Below are positions 19,803-28,654 of a stretch of DNA of 64,000 nucleotides, in pieces. The position numbers and the translations under genes are program-made. How positions within the stretch are numbered: position 1 is the first letter of the stretch; each line of letters starts with the position of its first letter. This DNA comes from an uncultured delta proteobacterium (GTDB lineage: Bacteria > Myxococcota_A > Polyangia > Polyangiales > Polyangiaceae). The notes beneath the pieces were generated by a model, which saw nothing but the letters and a program-made list of their open reading frames with translations, was not told where the DNA came from and did no database searches. Where the stretch lies: positions 480,001 through 544,000 of the forward strand of contig CAVOKF010000007.1 in the NCBI GenBank assembly GCA_963696385.1. Direction: 5' to 3'.

Positions 19803-20938
19803 AGACCCGCTTGCCAGACGTCGCCGCGGGGAGCGCCCGGGTAGACGTCGAGGGGGAAAACGAGGGAGACGACAGGAAAAGACAGCGTGAGTTGGCCGCG
19901 GAAACCGACCCGCGGCGAGGAGCCAGACCGGAGCTGGACGGGGACGCCGGCGCCAACGCCGACGGAGGGAATGAAGACGAGCAGATTGGGGGACGCGACC
20001 TCGGCGAGGGGGGCGAGGGTCGTCACGGACGCGAAGTCCGTGTCGACCGCCGCAGAGACGATGAGCCACGACGGCGCGGCGACTTCGTAGCCGAAGCGGG
20101 CGCGGATGCCCCGGGTGTCGAAGCGCGAGCCGACGCCGACCAGGGGCCCGCCGTGGAGCACCGAGGTGCCGGGGGCGGTCACGAGCTCGAAGCGCAGCGT
20201 AGTGACGTCGCGCGAGGCGATGCGGCGCCGGGCGACCGTCTCGCCGCGCTCGTCGGTCGCGGTCCAATCATCCTGGCCATCGGCCCAAAAGCGCGCGTCG
20301 GGGACATGCACCTCTACATCAATCATGGGCGCGCCGCCCCAGCTCCGGATCGGCGAGACAGCGTACGCGTACGAGCTTTTGGCCTCGCGGCGCTCGCGCG
20401 TACCGAGCCAGACGTGCCGTACTTCGATGGGCGACTGCGCGAAGCCGTGCGCCGCGGCGCCTGTGATCCTCGAGACGGGGCGCATGCGGCCCGAGAACGT
20501 AATCGTGGCGCGCTCGCCCGCTTCGACCGCGAGGGCGAAGCCGCTCCGCCCGACGGACGCGTCGTGCGCAAGCGCCGGATCGATCGCGGCGACGTTCGCG
20601 TCGACGGCAGCGAGCTGCTCGGGGGTGAGCTCGCGGCGCGCGTCGGCCCCGTCCGCGACGGCCTGGAAGGCGTCGGTCGCGATGCCGTAGAACGCGCCGA
20701 GAACTTCCTCGCGGACATCGCCGGGGTTGCGCACGTGGTAAACGGCAGTGAAGGCGCAGTCCGTCGCGTCGCACCGGAAGGAGAGCTCTTCGTGCTCGAC
20801 GACGAGCCTCGTCGGTCGCTCGAGGAAAGCCCCGCCCTCCGCTTCGGGCGCGCGCACGAACGTTTGGGCGGCGTTGGCCTCGGCCACGCCGGCGACCGCG
20901 AGCGGAAAGACGAATGCGGCGAGTGCGATCGCGCGCAC
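19781..20938 (-). CDS. Exported hypothetical protein with beta-strand-rich C-terminus ending in Phe
   Basis: Signal peptide (AEA-NA); YAVSPIRSWGG; C-terminal GLYGQASF resembles an outer-membrane beta-signal. Confidence 0.65.
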   Translation of the reverse strand: MRAIALAAFVFPLAVAGVAEANAAQTFVRAPEAEGGAFLERPTRLVVEHEELSFRCDATDCAFTAVYHVRNPGDVREEVLGAFYGIATDAFQAVADGADARRELTPEQLAAVDANVAAIDPALAHDASVGRSGFALAVEAGERATITFSGRMRPVSRITGAAAHGFAQSPIEVRHVWLGTRERREAKSSYAYAVSPIRSWGGAPMIDVEVHVPDARFWADGQDDWTATDERGETVARRRIASRDVTTLRFELVTAPGTSVLHGGPLVGVGSRFDTRGIRARFGYEVAAPSWLIVSAAVDTDFASVTTLAPLAEVASPNLLVFIPSVGVGAGVPVQLRSGSSPRVGFRGQLTLSFPVVSLVFPLDVYPGAPRGDVWQAGLYGQASF

Positions 20939-21931
20939 TCAACCGCCCTGCGCGGGGATTGTCGTCGTGATAGCGCCGAAGTAGTTGTCGACGAAGTCCT
21001 TCGTCGGGATTTGCTTCGCGAGCTCGGATTCGCCCCACGTCCAGAAGCTCAAGTTCGCGACCTGGCGCGTGGCGTCCGGTACGATCTCGCTGAGGAGCGT
21101 AATCCAGTGGTTGGGGAACGCATTCATTATGAACGTGTCGTCGACGCTCGTGAGCTGGAGGGGCGCGAGGAGGTTCGCGTTAATGAGGAGAGCGTTGTCC
21201 GTCCCCGGCGCGCAGGTCAGCGTCGACGCGGAAGGAATGCCCGGCCGCGACGCCCAGCGCCCATTGTCGACCACCGAGGCGAAGAACCCCGTCGCCCTGA
21301 ACCACGACGCGACCTCTTCAGGACGCGTCATCGCCGCGATCGTCTGGTCGGGATCGCCGCGCCAGTCGGCGTGCCACCAGACATTCATCGTGTTGCGCAG
21401 CGCGCCGAGCAACATCCAGACGGCCTGCGTTGCCGGGAAAGCCTCCATCTTCTTTCGCATCGACGCGTAGTCGGCACTGAGCAGGTTGGCGTTGGGCCGG
21501 AGCTGCAGGCTGCCGAGAGGCGCCGCGCCCATTTCGAAGAGCATCGTGGCCGCCTTCGCGACGGCGACGGGGTGGCGACCGATGACGATGTTGAAGAACG
21601 CGGCCGGGCCGCAGAGGTTCATCATGCCCTGCCGGATCTGGCGCGGGTCGCGGATGATCTCCTCGAGCCCGTCGGCGACCGTGCCGCGATCGAGCGACGC
21701 CCAGGCACCCTTCGGCGTCGTCGCGACGGAGACCGTGCCCCCGGGGACAACGGGGATCGTTCGTGGCAACGCAGGCGGCCCCCGGCGAAAGGTGTCGATG
21801 ACGGCGAGCGCGTCGGCGACGGTGGAGAGCTTGAGTGTGTCGGCGCCGCGCTGGTCGTTGACGAACGCCGTCAGGCTGTCGACGTCGTCGAAGGCGTCGG
21901 TCGAGGCGGAACCGGAGACGAGATTGCCCAT
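20939..21931 (-). CDS. Hypothetical protein, putative papain-like cysteine peptidase fold
   Basis: IRQGMMNLCGPAAF (Q..C), PNHWITL (H), FWTWG; stop abuts the next gene's GTG. Confidence 0.55.
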   Translation of the reverse strand: MGNLVSGSASTDAFDDVDSLTAFVNDQRGADTLKLSTVADALAVIDTFRRGPPALPRTIPVVPGGTVSVATTPKGAWASLDRGTVADGLEEIIRDPRQIRQGMMNLCGPAAFFNIVIGRHPVAVAKAATMLFEMGAAPLGSLQLRPNANLLSADYASMRKKMEAFPATQAVWMLLGALRNTMNVWWHADWRGDPDQTIAAMTRPEEVASWFRATGFFASVVDNGRWASRPGIPSASTLTCAPGTDNALLINANLLAPLQLTSVDDTFIMNAFPNHWITLLSEIVPDATRQVANLSFWTWGESELAKQIPTKDFVDNYFGAITTTIPAQGG

Positions 21932-22048
21932 GGATCGCCCTCTCTCGCCAGCGTGCCAGCGAGTGCTCGACGCTAGTCAATCGACTTCGGCTTTCCAACG
22001 GTACCCGAACAGGTGGTGCGCGGTCGCCGAGCGAGGTAAACACCACCC

Positions 22049-22810
22049 GTGCAGCCGTACGTCGTTCGCCAAGGCGACTTCATGGACCAGCTCGCGAGCC
22101 GGTACGGCTTCGATGGCGACGCGGCGTGGAACGACGGGAGCAATGATGGCCTTCGGAGAGCGGGCCGACTACCGAACCAGCTCTTCCCGGGTGACAAGCT
22201 GTCGCTTCCGGATCCCACCCCGCTAAAGGCTCACGCGCTCACCGTGGGCTCCATGAACACCTTCACGGCCCCCGCCCCGACGACGACGACGATCGGCGTG
22301 AAGTTCATTTCCACCGAGGGCGGCGCCTCGTACGCATCAAAGGCGTTCTTCGTCTCCGAGCTGCCGGAGCTGACCGACCTTTCGACGACGGGCGAGGGCG
22401 TCGCAACGTTCGACACGCCGGTCACGCTTTCGAAAGCGACGATCGTCTTCTCGGAGACCGGCGAGACGTGGGTGCTCGCCATCGGCGCGATGGACCCGAT
22501 GACGACGCTGAGCGGCATCTTCAAGCGCCTGCAGAACCTCGGTTATATCGCCGCGAACATCGAGTTCGACAGAAACGAACCGAGCAGCAACCTTCCGACC
22601 CTTCGCAACGGCCTTTTGGCCCTCAAGGAGAGCGAAGGCCGGGCTCCCGAGTCGTCCCCTCCGAGCGGCTCTCCCGATTCGTCGCCGCCGAGCGCGGACG
22701 CTGGAGGAGACGACAACGCCTCGGCCTCCGCTGCTGCCAGTGGGCTCTCCGACGACGGCACGCTCGACGGCGACACCGCCAATCTCCTGAAGGACGCCCA
22801 CGGCTGCTGA
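22049..22810 (+). CDS. LysM plus peptidoglycan-binding-like domain protein
   Basis: YVVRQGD.MDQLASRYG...PNQLFPGDKLSLP (LysM); GIFKRLQNLGY...GLSDDGTLDGDT (PG_binding_1-like). Confidence 0.75.
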   Translation: MQPYVVRQGDFMDQLASRYGFDGDAAWNDGSNDGLRRAGRLPNQLFPGDKLSLPDPTPLKAHALTVGSMNTFTAPAPTTTTIGVKFISTEGGASYASKAFFVSELPELTDLSTTGEGVATFDTPVTLSKATIVFSETGETWVLAIGAMDPMTTLSGIFKRLQNLGYIAANIEFDRNEPSSNLPTLRNGLLALKESEGRAPESSPPSGSPDSSPPSADAGGDDNASASAAASGLSDDGTLDGDTANLLKDAHGC

Positions 22811-22992
22811 GCCGAACGGCGCCGAGGGCTATCGGGGCCGCTCAAGGCCATCGTCGGCTTGCGCGCGCTGAAAGCCGCGCAGGGGACCCCGACGGCGCGA
22901 CAGCGGTTCGGGTATCCGAGCGCTCCGTGCAATCCAGGCACTGGACTTTCCGAAGGCCACGATCTTAGAGACTTCGTTCGGAGGAAACGACG

Positions 22993-23625
22993 ATGAAGTG
23001 CTGGATTCTCGTCATCGCTGCGAGCGTGGCGGGGTGCTCGTCGGGCACGGGATCCCTTGGCCAGGCGTGCACGTACACCTCGGCGGGGTCGGACACGCTT
23101 TTCGGCGGTACCTACTCGTGTAACGGCGGGCTGCTTTGCAATCAGGCGCCCCAGCTGAACGGGCAGCCGGTCTGCCAGGCGCCAAACTCCCAAGGGGCCG
23201 GCGCCGCTTGCGACGACGACGCTCTTTGTGAGTCGGGCTTGTTTTGCGCGCCCATGGCGGGCGGGGCCACGTGCCAGCCTCTTCTCCAGGAGGGCGCCCC
23301 GTGCCCGAGCGGCGGCGGCTGTGCCCCGAACCTGCAGTGCGTCAAGGTCGTCATGAGCAACGGGGCCTATTGCCTAACGGCTGAGGATGGAGGGGCAGAG
23401 GCCGGCGAAACCGATGAAGCGGGCACCGTCGATGCGACCGCAGCGGGTGACGCGGCCCAGGCTACGGAGGGCGGCGAAGCCGGGGACGCGGCCGCGATCG
23501 AGAGCCAAGACTCGGCTCAACGCGGCCGCGGTGGCGACCACCACGAGATTGAAGATGCCGCGCGGTTCGACCCCGCTACTCGGACCCGGCCGCTCGGACG
23601 CCAAGATGCTCCGATTGGCGGATGA
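22993..23625 (+). CDS. Cys-rich lipoprotein
   Basis: GAGGA RBS; VAGC lipobox; repeated G.AC....C..GL.C modules. Confidence 0.75.
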   Translation: MKCWILVIAASVAGCSSGTGSLGQACTYTSAGSDTLFGGTYSCNGGLLCNQAPQLNGQPVCQAPNSQGAGAACDDDALCESGLFCAPMAGGATCQPLLQEGAPCPSGGGCAPNLQCVKVVMSNGAYCLTAEDGGAEAGETDEAGTVDATAAGDAAQATEGGEAGDAAAIESQDSAQRGRGGDHHEIEDAARFDPATRTRPLGRQDAPIGG

Positions 23626-23686
23626 ATGGTCCGTCGGCTCCCAGGTCGGCACGACCTTTCACATCTCCGACCAAGGATGAACTGCC

Positions 23687-25342
23687 ATGCCCGAATCCCC
23701 GAGCCTGTCCTACGCAGCCGAACGCCTCTTCCGAACGGCGTTCCCGAAGCTCACGGTCGTAGCGCCTCCGGCAGGAATCCGCGTGGAGCGGGACGTCGCC
23801 ATCCCCATGCACGACGGGACGACGCTGCGCGCGAACGTCTTCCGACCCGACCGAGAGGGCCGGTGTCCCGTGATCATGTACGCGCACCCGTACGGCAAGG
23901 ACGTGCTGCCGACGCGGACGCCGTTCGGGTATCTCCCCCTGAAGCGCTATCGTTTCATGCGGCAACCGGAGCGCGTCACTTTCTCGGCCTACACAGCCTG
24001 GGAGGCGCCGGATCCGGGCTACTGGGTTCCGCGCGGCTACGTCCTGGTAAACCTCGACCTCCGCGGCTTCGGGACGTCGGAGGGCAAGGGAACGCTCCTC
24101 TCGGACCAAGAGGCCACCGACTACGCCGAGGCGATCGAGTGGGCCGCTGCGCAACCGTGGTCCTCCGGCAAGGTGGGTCTGAACGGTGTCTCGTACCTCG
24201 CGATCAGCCAGTGGAAAGTGGCTGCACTTCGCCCCAAGTCGCTTGCGGCGATCTGTCCGTGGGAAGGGTGGACCGACCCCTACCGTGACACCGCCTACCC
24301 GGGCGGCGTCCGCGAGGACGGCTTCCTCCCTTTCTGGGCCAACATGACGGAACGCGCCGGCCACGTCACAGAGTCGCTGCGACAGCAGCAGCTCGCTCAC
24401 CCCGAGCTGGACGACTTCTGGGCCTCGCGTACGCCGGTTCTCGAACGCATCGAGGTGCCGGCGCTCATCTGCGCGAGCTTCTCCGACCAGGGCCTCCACT
24501 CGCGCGGTTGCTTCGAGGGCTTCCGCCGCATTGGGTCACAGCACCGCTTCCTCTACACGCATCGAGGCGGCAAGTGGTCGACCTACTACTCGCCTGACGT
24601 TCTGGCGCTGCAAGCACGCTTCTTCGATTGCTTCCTCAAGGGCGAGGACAACGGAATGCGCGACGTATCGCCCGTACGGCTCGAAGTACGAACGCAGGGT
24701 GACCTCGTCCACGCGGTGCGCGAGGAGCGAGCTTGGCCGCCTCCCGGGGTCCGCTGGACGCCGCTCTACCTCGCACCCGGAGGACTACACGCCACGCCGA
24801 CGACCGCCCCGGCGACGTCGCAGTTCGACGTCCCGCACGGTGGCGCGAGCTTCGACCTTCGAGTTGCAGAGGACATGGAGCTCGTCGGGCCGATGACGCT
24901 TCGTCTGCACGTCGAGCTCGAAGGTGCGTCGGATGCACACCTCTTCGTTGCCGTCTCCAAGATCGAGGCCGCAGGTCGCGAGGTTCCCTTCGAGGGCTCT
25001 AGCGGCTTCGGCTGCGACGTCGTAGCGAAGGGGTGGCAACGGCTCGCCCATCGTCGCATCGACGATGCGCGTGGAGAGCCTCACCGGCCGTACCACCCGC
25101 ACGACGTCCCGGAGCCGGTACGCCCCGGGGACATCGTGCCCGTCGACATCGAGATCCTTCCATCGGCGACGTACTTCGCGCGCGGCGACACGTTGCGTCT
25201 TCATGTGCAGGGCCAATGGCTCTGGCGGCGCAGCATGTTCTTCGGGATGTTCCCCTTCACCTACACGCCGAGCCCCAAGGGGAAGGTGGTTCTGCACCTC
25301 GGGGACGGCCGCGACTCGCATCTCCTCGTGCCGCGGGCATGA
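23687..25342 (+). CDS. CocE/NonD-family serine hydrolase (peptidase S15-like)
   Basis: IPMHDGTTLRANVFRP, HPYGK, DLRGFGTSEG, GVSYL nucleophile, C-terminal PepX_C-like domain. Confidence 0.92.
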   Translation: MPESPSLSYAAERLFRTAFPKLTVVAPPAGIRVERDVAIPMHDGTTLRANVFRPDREGRCPVIMYAHPYGKDVLPTRTPFGYLPLKRYRFMRQPERVTFSAYTAWEAPDPGYWVPRGYVLVNLDLRGFGTSEGKGTLLSDQEATDYAEAIEWAAAQPWSSGKVGLNGVSYLAISQWKVAALRPKSLAAICPWEGWTDPYRDTAYPGGVREDGFLPFWANMTERAGHVTESLRQQQLAHPELDDFWASRTPVLERIEVPALICASFSDQGLHSRGCFEGFRRIGSQHRFLYTHRGGKWSTYYSPDVLALQARFFDCFLKGEDNGMRDVSPVRLEVRTQGDLVHAVREERAWPPPGVRWTPLYLAPGGLHATPTTAPATSQFDVPHGGASFDLRVAEDMELVGPMTLRLHVELEGASDAHLFVAVSKIEAAGREVPFEGSSGFGCDVVAKGWQRLAHRRIDDARGEPHRPYHPHDVPEPVRPGDIVPVDIEILPSATYFARGDTLRLHVQGQWLWRRSMFFGMFPFTYTPSPKGKVVLHLGDGRDSHLLVPRA

Positions 25343-25365
25343 CCGACGACGTTGGTCGGCGCCTG

Positions 25366-25794
25366 TCAACTCGGGAGGCCGCCAGGTTGGGAGCCCTCTA
25401 TAGCGCCGTGGAAGACGGCTTCGATGTCGTGCCCGTCCGGATCGAGAACGAAAGCCCCGTAGTAGTTCGGGTGGTAGTGCGCGCGGATCCCGGGGGCGCC
25501 AAAGTCCCTTCCGCCAGCGGCAAGGGCCGCCCGGTGGAAGGCGTCGACCTCGGCGCGATTGCGCGCGGCGAACGCGAGATGGGTCGGGACCACGACGCCC
25601 ACGTGTTCGGGTTTCAGGAAGGAGGTGGGTCCCGTCCCGATCCAGAAGGCCGGCATGCCGCCGCGACCGAAACCGCACGCGTTGCCGAACTCCATGATGG
25701 GGGCGATTCCCAGCGGCGCCAACGCGCGCTCGAAGAATGCTTTGGATCGCGCGTAGTCGGAGACGGACAGGCTCACGTGGTCCAGGATCGACAT
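25366..25794 (-). CDS. VOC-family glyoxalase-like protein
   Basis: LDHVSLSVSD...HLAF.A..RAEVDAFH...YYGAFVLDPDGHDIEAV. Confidence 0.92.
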   Translation of the reverse strand: MSILDHVSLSVSDYARSKAFFERALAPLGIAPIMEFGNACGFGRGGMPAFWIGTGPTSFLKPEHVGVVVPTHLAFAARNRAEVDAFHRAALAAGGRDFGAPGIRAHYHPNYYGAFVLDPDGHDIEAVFHGAIEGSQPGGLPS

Positions 25795-25839
25795 AGTGGA
25801 CCCTGCCACATCTTCCGGCGCGCGTCACGCGACCGCTCG

Positions 25840-27171
25840 TCAGTTGTCCGAAAGGACGACCTCGGCGGGCTTCGCGGGCCTCGGCAAAATCCCCATCCGC
25901 TCGTAGATCGGCCGCACGGCCCGGCGCACCTCAGGCAGCGCGCGCAGGAAGATCGTGGCGGCAACGACGCAGATCGCTCCCCCGACGAGGATCGTGTTCT
26001 CGGCGCCGATGCGGGTTGCGAGCGCGCCGGCGATCAGGCTTCCGAGTGGAACCGTCCCGAAGAGCGACATGGCGAGGAGGCTCATCACCCGGCCGCGCTT
26101 GTCCTCGTCGACGATCGTCTGGATGATCGTGTTGCTCGCAGCGGTCTGCAGCATCATCCCGGTCCCGGCGAGCAGCAGCAGCGGCATCGCGAGCCAGAGG
26201 ATGTGAACCCGCGAGAATGCGATGAGGCCGAAGCCGAAGAGCGCCGCCGACATCACGACCACGCGGCCCAGCCCGAGGACGCTCGTTCGCGCGGCGAGGT
26301 AGAGCGCCCCCGCGAGGGCGCCGACGCCGGCGGTCGCCTGGAGGGTGCCCAGGGTCCCGGCGCCGCCGTGCATGACCTCGCGCGCAATGACCGGCAGGAG
26401 CACCGCGAACGGCCTGCCCGCCAGGCCCGTCACGGCGAGCAGTAGGAGCAGCGCCCGGATCGGCGCGAAGCCGCTCGCGTACCGGAACCCTTCGGCCATC
26501 TCGTGGAGCACGCGCGTGGACTTCGGCGTGCGCGGCGGCTCGTCGAGGCGCATGAGCAGCACCGAGAGGATGACGGCGCCGTAGCTGACCGCGTCGACGA
26601 AAAAACACCACCCCTCGCCGACCGCGGCGATGAGCACGCCGGCGATCGCGGGTCCGAGCAGGCGCGCCGCGTTGACCATCGACGAGTTGAGCGCAATCGC
26701 ATTGGGGAGATCGGCGCGGTCGTCCACCATCTGGACGACCATCGATTGGCGCACGGTCATGTCGAAGGCGTCGATGAGGCCCTGCAGAACGTTCAGCGCA
26801 ATGACCTCCCAGACCCGAATGACCCCGCTGATGGCGAGCCCCGCGAGCAAAAACGACTGGAGCATCGCGAGCGTCTGCGTGGCGAGCAGGACTCGGTACC
26901 GGTTCCAGCGGTCGACCATGACGCCGGCGAGCGGAGCGAGGACGAATGTGGGGATCTGTCCGGCGAACGCGAGCACGCCGAGGAGCCATGCGGAGCCCGT
27001 CAGCCGGTAGACGAGCCATGACGTGGCGACCTTCGTCAGCCAGGTGCCGATGAGCGAAATGCCCTGCCCCGTGAAGAAAAGGCGGTAGTTTCGGTGACGC
27101 AGGGCGCGTCCGACTGACGGCGCCCGGGGCGCGCCCCCTATCGGGTGAGCCGGGGGGGTCTCGGGTGCCAT
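25840..27171 (-). CDS. MFS transporter (MFS_3/DHA3-like)
   Basis: ALRHRNYRLFFTGQ.ISLIGTW, GVMVDRWNR, NAARLLGPAIAG, RGRVMS; about 12 hydrophobic segments. Confidence 0.92.
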   Translation of the reverse strand: MAPETPPAHPIGGAPRAPSVGRALRHRNYRLFFTGQGISLIGTWLTKVATSWLVYRLTGSAWLLGVLAFAGQIPTFVLAPLAGVMVDRWNRYRVLLATQTLAMLQSFLLAGLAISGVIRVWEVIALNVLQGLIDAFDMTVRQSMVVQMVDDRADLPNAIALNSSMVNAARLLGPAIAGVLIAAVGEGWCFFVDAVSYGAVILSVLLMRLDEPPRTPKSTRVLHEMAEGFRYASGFAPIRALLLLLAVTGLAGRPFAVLLPVIAREVMHGGAGTLGTLQATAGVGALAGALYLAARTSVLGLGRVVVMSAALFGFGLIAFSRVHILWLAMPLLLLAGTGMMLQTAASNTIIQTIVDEDKRGRVMSLLAMSLFGTVPLGSLIAGALATRIGAENTILVGGAICVVAATIFLRALPEVRRAVRPIYERMGILPRPAKPAEVVLSDN

Positions 27172-27244
27172 CGATCGGGATGTTACATTTTTGCGCGTGT
27201 CGGCCGACGTCGCCGAAGGGGCGCCTCCAACTCGGGTCGCCGGC

Positions 27245-27460
27245 CTATCCCGACGACGGAATCAAGTCCTGAACGCCCTTGACGATCTGGGCGCCGAGGT
27301 GGAACAGAAACCATAGGACGGCGCCGGCCATGATCACGATGCCGAGCGGGTAGGCCCACGCCATTCGCTTTGCGCGCGGGGTCGGCTGCCCGCATTTCGG
27401 GCAAGCCTGCGCCTCGTCGGAAACGTCCCCGCCGCAAGCCAAACATTTAACGAGACGCAT
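27245..27460 (-). CDS. Small zinc-ribbon membrane protein
   Basis: MRLVKCLACG..VSDEAQACPKCGQP followed by one TM helix. Confidence 0.75.
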   Translation of the reverse strand: MRLVKCLACGGDVSDEAQACPKCGQPTPRAKRMAWAYPLGIVIMAGAVLWFLFHLGAQIVKGVQDLIPSSG

Positions 27461-27570
27461 CAAGGGTGAGCGTAGTCGGTGCAAGGGCGGTGACTCGACC
27501 CATTTGAGATCGCGTCTGCGGGCCCGGCAGACGGTTCTCGCTCAGAAAGTGACCTCCGCGCCGCTGCTCC

Positions 27571-27656
27571 GTCGAGGCGACGCCATGCTCGGCGGACTGC
27601 ATCATGATTACCGCGCCGCGGCGTGAGGGTGGCAGACGACGAGACGAGCGATGACA
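27571..27656 (+). mobile_element. Remnant 3' end of an integrase-core (rve-type) transposase element
   Basis: Encodes (VEATP)MLGGLHHDYRAAA* with TGA at 27624-27626, the characteristic C-terminus of these transposases; an ACA about 30 bp later could be the element end. Confidence 0.6.
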
Positions 27657-27823
27657 GGCCACGGCCGCGGCGCGCAAGACCGGATCGGTCAAGGGCCCGA
27701 GGGCTCCGCCGCGCCCGAACACGCGTTCCGTCGAGGCCCGGTTCATCGTGCGCACTGCCTCGTTCGGGCTTTCGTGCGGACATCTATCGACCGGCTGGCG
27801 CATGTCGTCTACTTTGACGACCC

Positions 27824-28654
27824 ATGGGCGGGCCACGAGCAGCGAGGCACCGACAGGCGAAGTCGAAGCTCACGCCCATCGCCACGGCCGAGGTCGCGGC
27901 GGGGCTGGTCTCCGCCGTCGGACGAGACGGCGCCATCCTGAAGACGGAGGTCACCCGGCGGAGCTCGCGAACGCAGGTGCTCGACGTCTTCGATGCCCTC
28001 GTTCGCGCCGGCCTCGAGGTGAGCGCGCGCTTCGTTCGCCGCCCGCTCGAGACGCAGATCCTGGAACGCCTGAACGGGGGGCCGCTGTCGCTTCGCGGAC
28101 TGGACAAGGTTGTGCGGGGCGCCACCGCGCGCGAGACTGCGCAGATGGCGACGAGCCTGGTGGACCGGAACAGGGCTCGATTCGTCGTCCGCGGAAAGGA
28201 CCTGCTCCTCGCGCGCCCGGACGCACCTGTGCTCGACACGCACGCGCAACAGCGTTTGAAAGCGGCCGTGGGAGCACTCGGCGCCTCGCTGGCGCTGGCC
28301 GACAAGAAAGACGGATGCCTGCTCCAATCGGATGTCGAGGATGCGCTCAGGCCCTTCGTCGGATCGCCTGCGCCGCTTGCCTCCGCGGCGATTCACGATG
28401 TGGCGTCGCTGGTCGACGCACATCGCGAGGGGTCGGGGTTGACATCGGTTCCCAAGCTCGTTCGGCTGCTGGGCGGCCTTTCGGCGCGGGACGCGCTTCA
28501 CGCCGAGCTCTTGCGAGGCGCTCGCGCGGGCCGATTGGAGCTTCGCCCGGAGAGCGGGATGGGGCGCCTGTCGGCCGAAGACGCGTCCTTTTGCATCTCG
28601 GGGCCCCAGGGGTCTCGGCTTTCGTGGGTGCGCCGGATCGAGGGGCCGTCGTGA
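27824..28654 (+). CDS. Hypothetical protein, probable tandem winged-helix DNA-binding protein (gene 1 of operon)
   Basis: 276 aa; ILERLNGGPLSLRGL and LTSVPKLVRLL...LHAELLR...GRLELRP are wHTH-like; TGA overlaps the next GTG; start codon uncertain. Confidence 0.65.
   Translation: MGGPRAARHRQAKSKLTPIATAEVAAGLVSAVGRDGAILKTEVTRRSSRTQVLDVFDALVRAGLEVSARFVRRPLETQILERLNGGPLSLRGLDKVVRGATARETAQMATSLVDRNRARFVVRGKDLLLARPDAPVLDTHAQQRLKAAVGALGASLALADKKDGCLLQSDVEDALRPFVGSPAPLASAAIHDVASLVDAHREGSGLTSVPKLVRLLGGLSARDALHAELLRGARAGRLELRPESGMGRLSAEDASFCISGPQGSRLSWVRRIEGPS

Noticed and set aside
19289..21976. 895-aa plus-strand ORF and similar long antisense ORFs (e.g. 33204..35564, 43705..45798, 48544..50682)
   Set aside because: Shadow ORFs opposite recognisable genes, expected in high-GC DNA; no motifs
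22830..22900. GLRALKAAQG-like fragment resembling part of the LysM protein
   Set aside because: Too short and too weak to call a duplication
27748..28650. 1002-aa ORF start at 27748
   Set aside because: The first 301 codons are Arg/Gly-rich shadow sequence overlapping the better ORF 27824..28654; the real ATPase start is the coupled GTG at 28651
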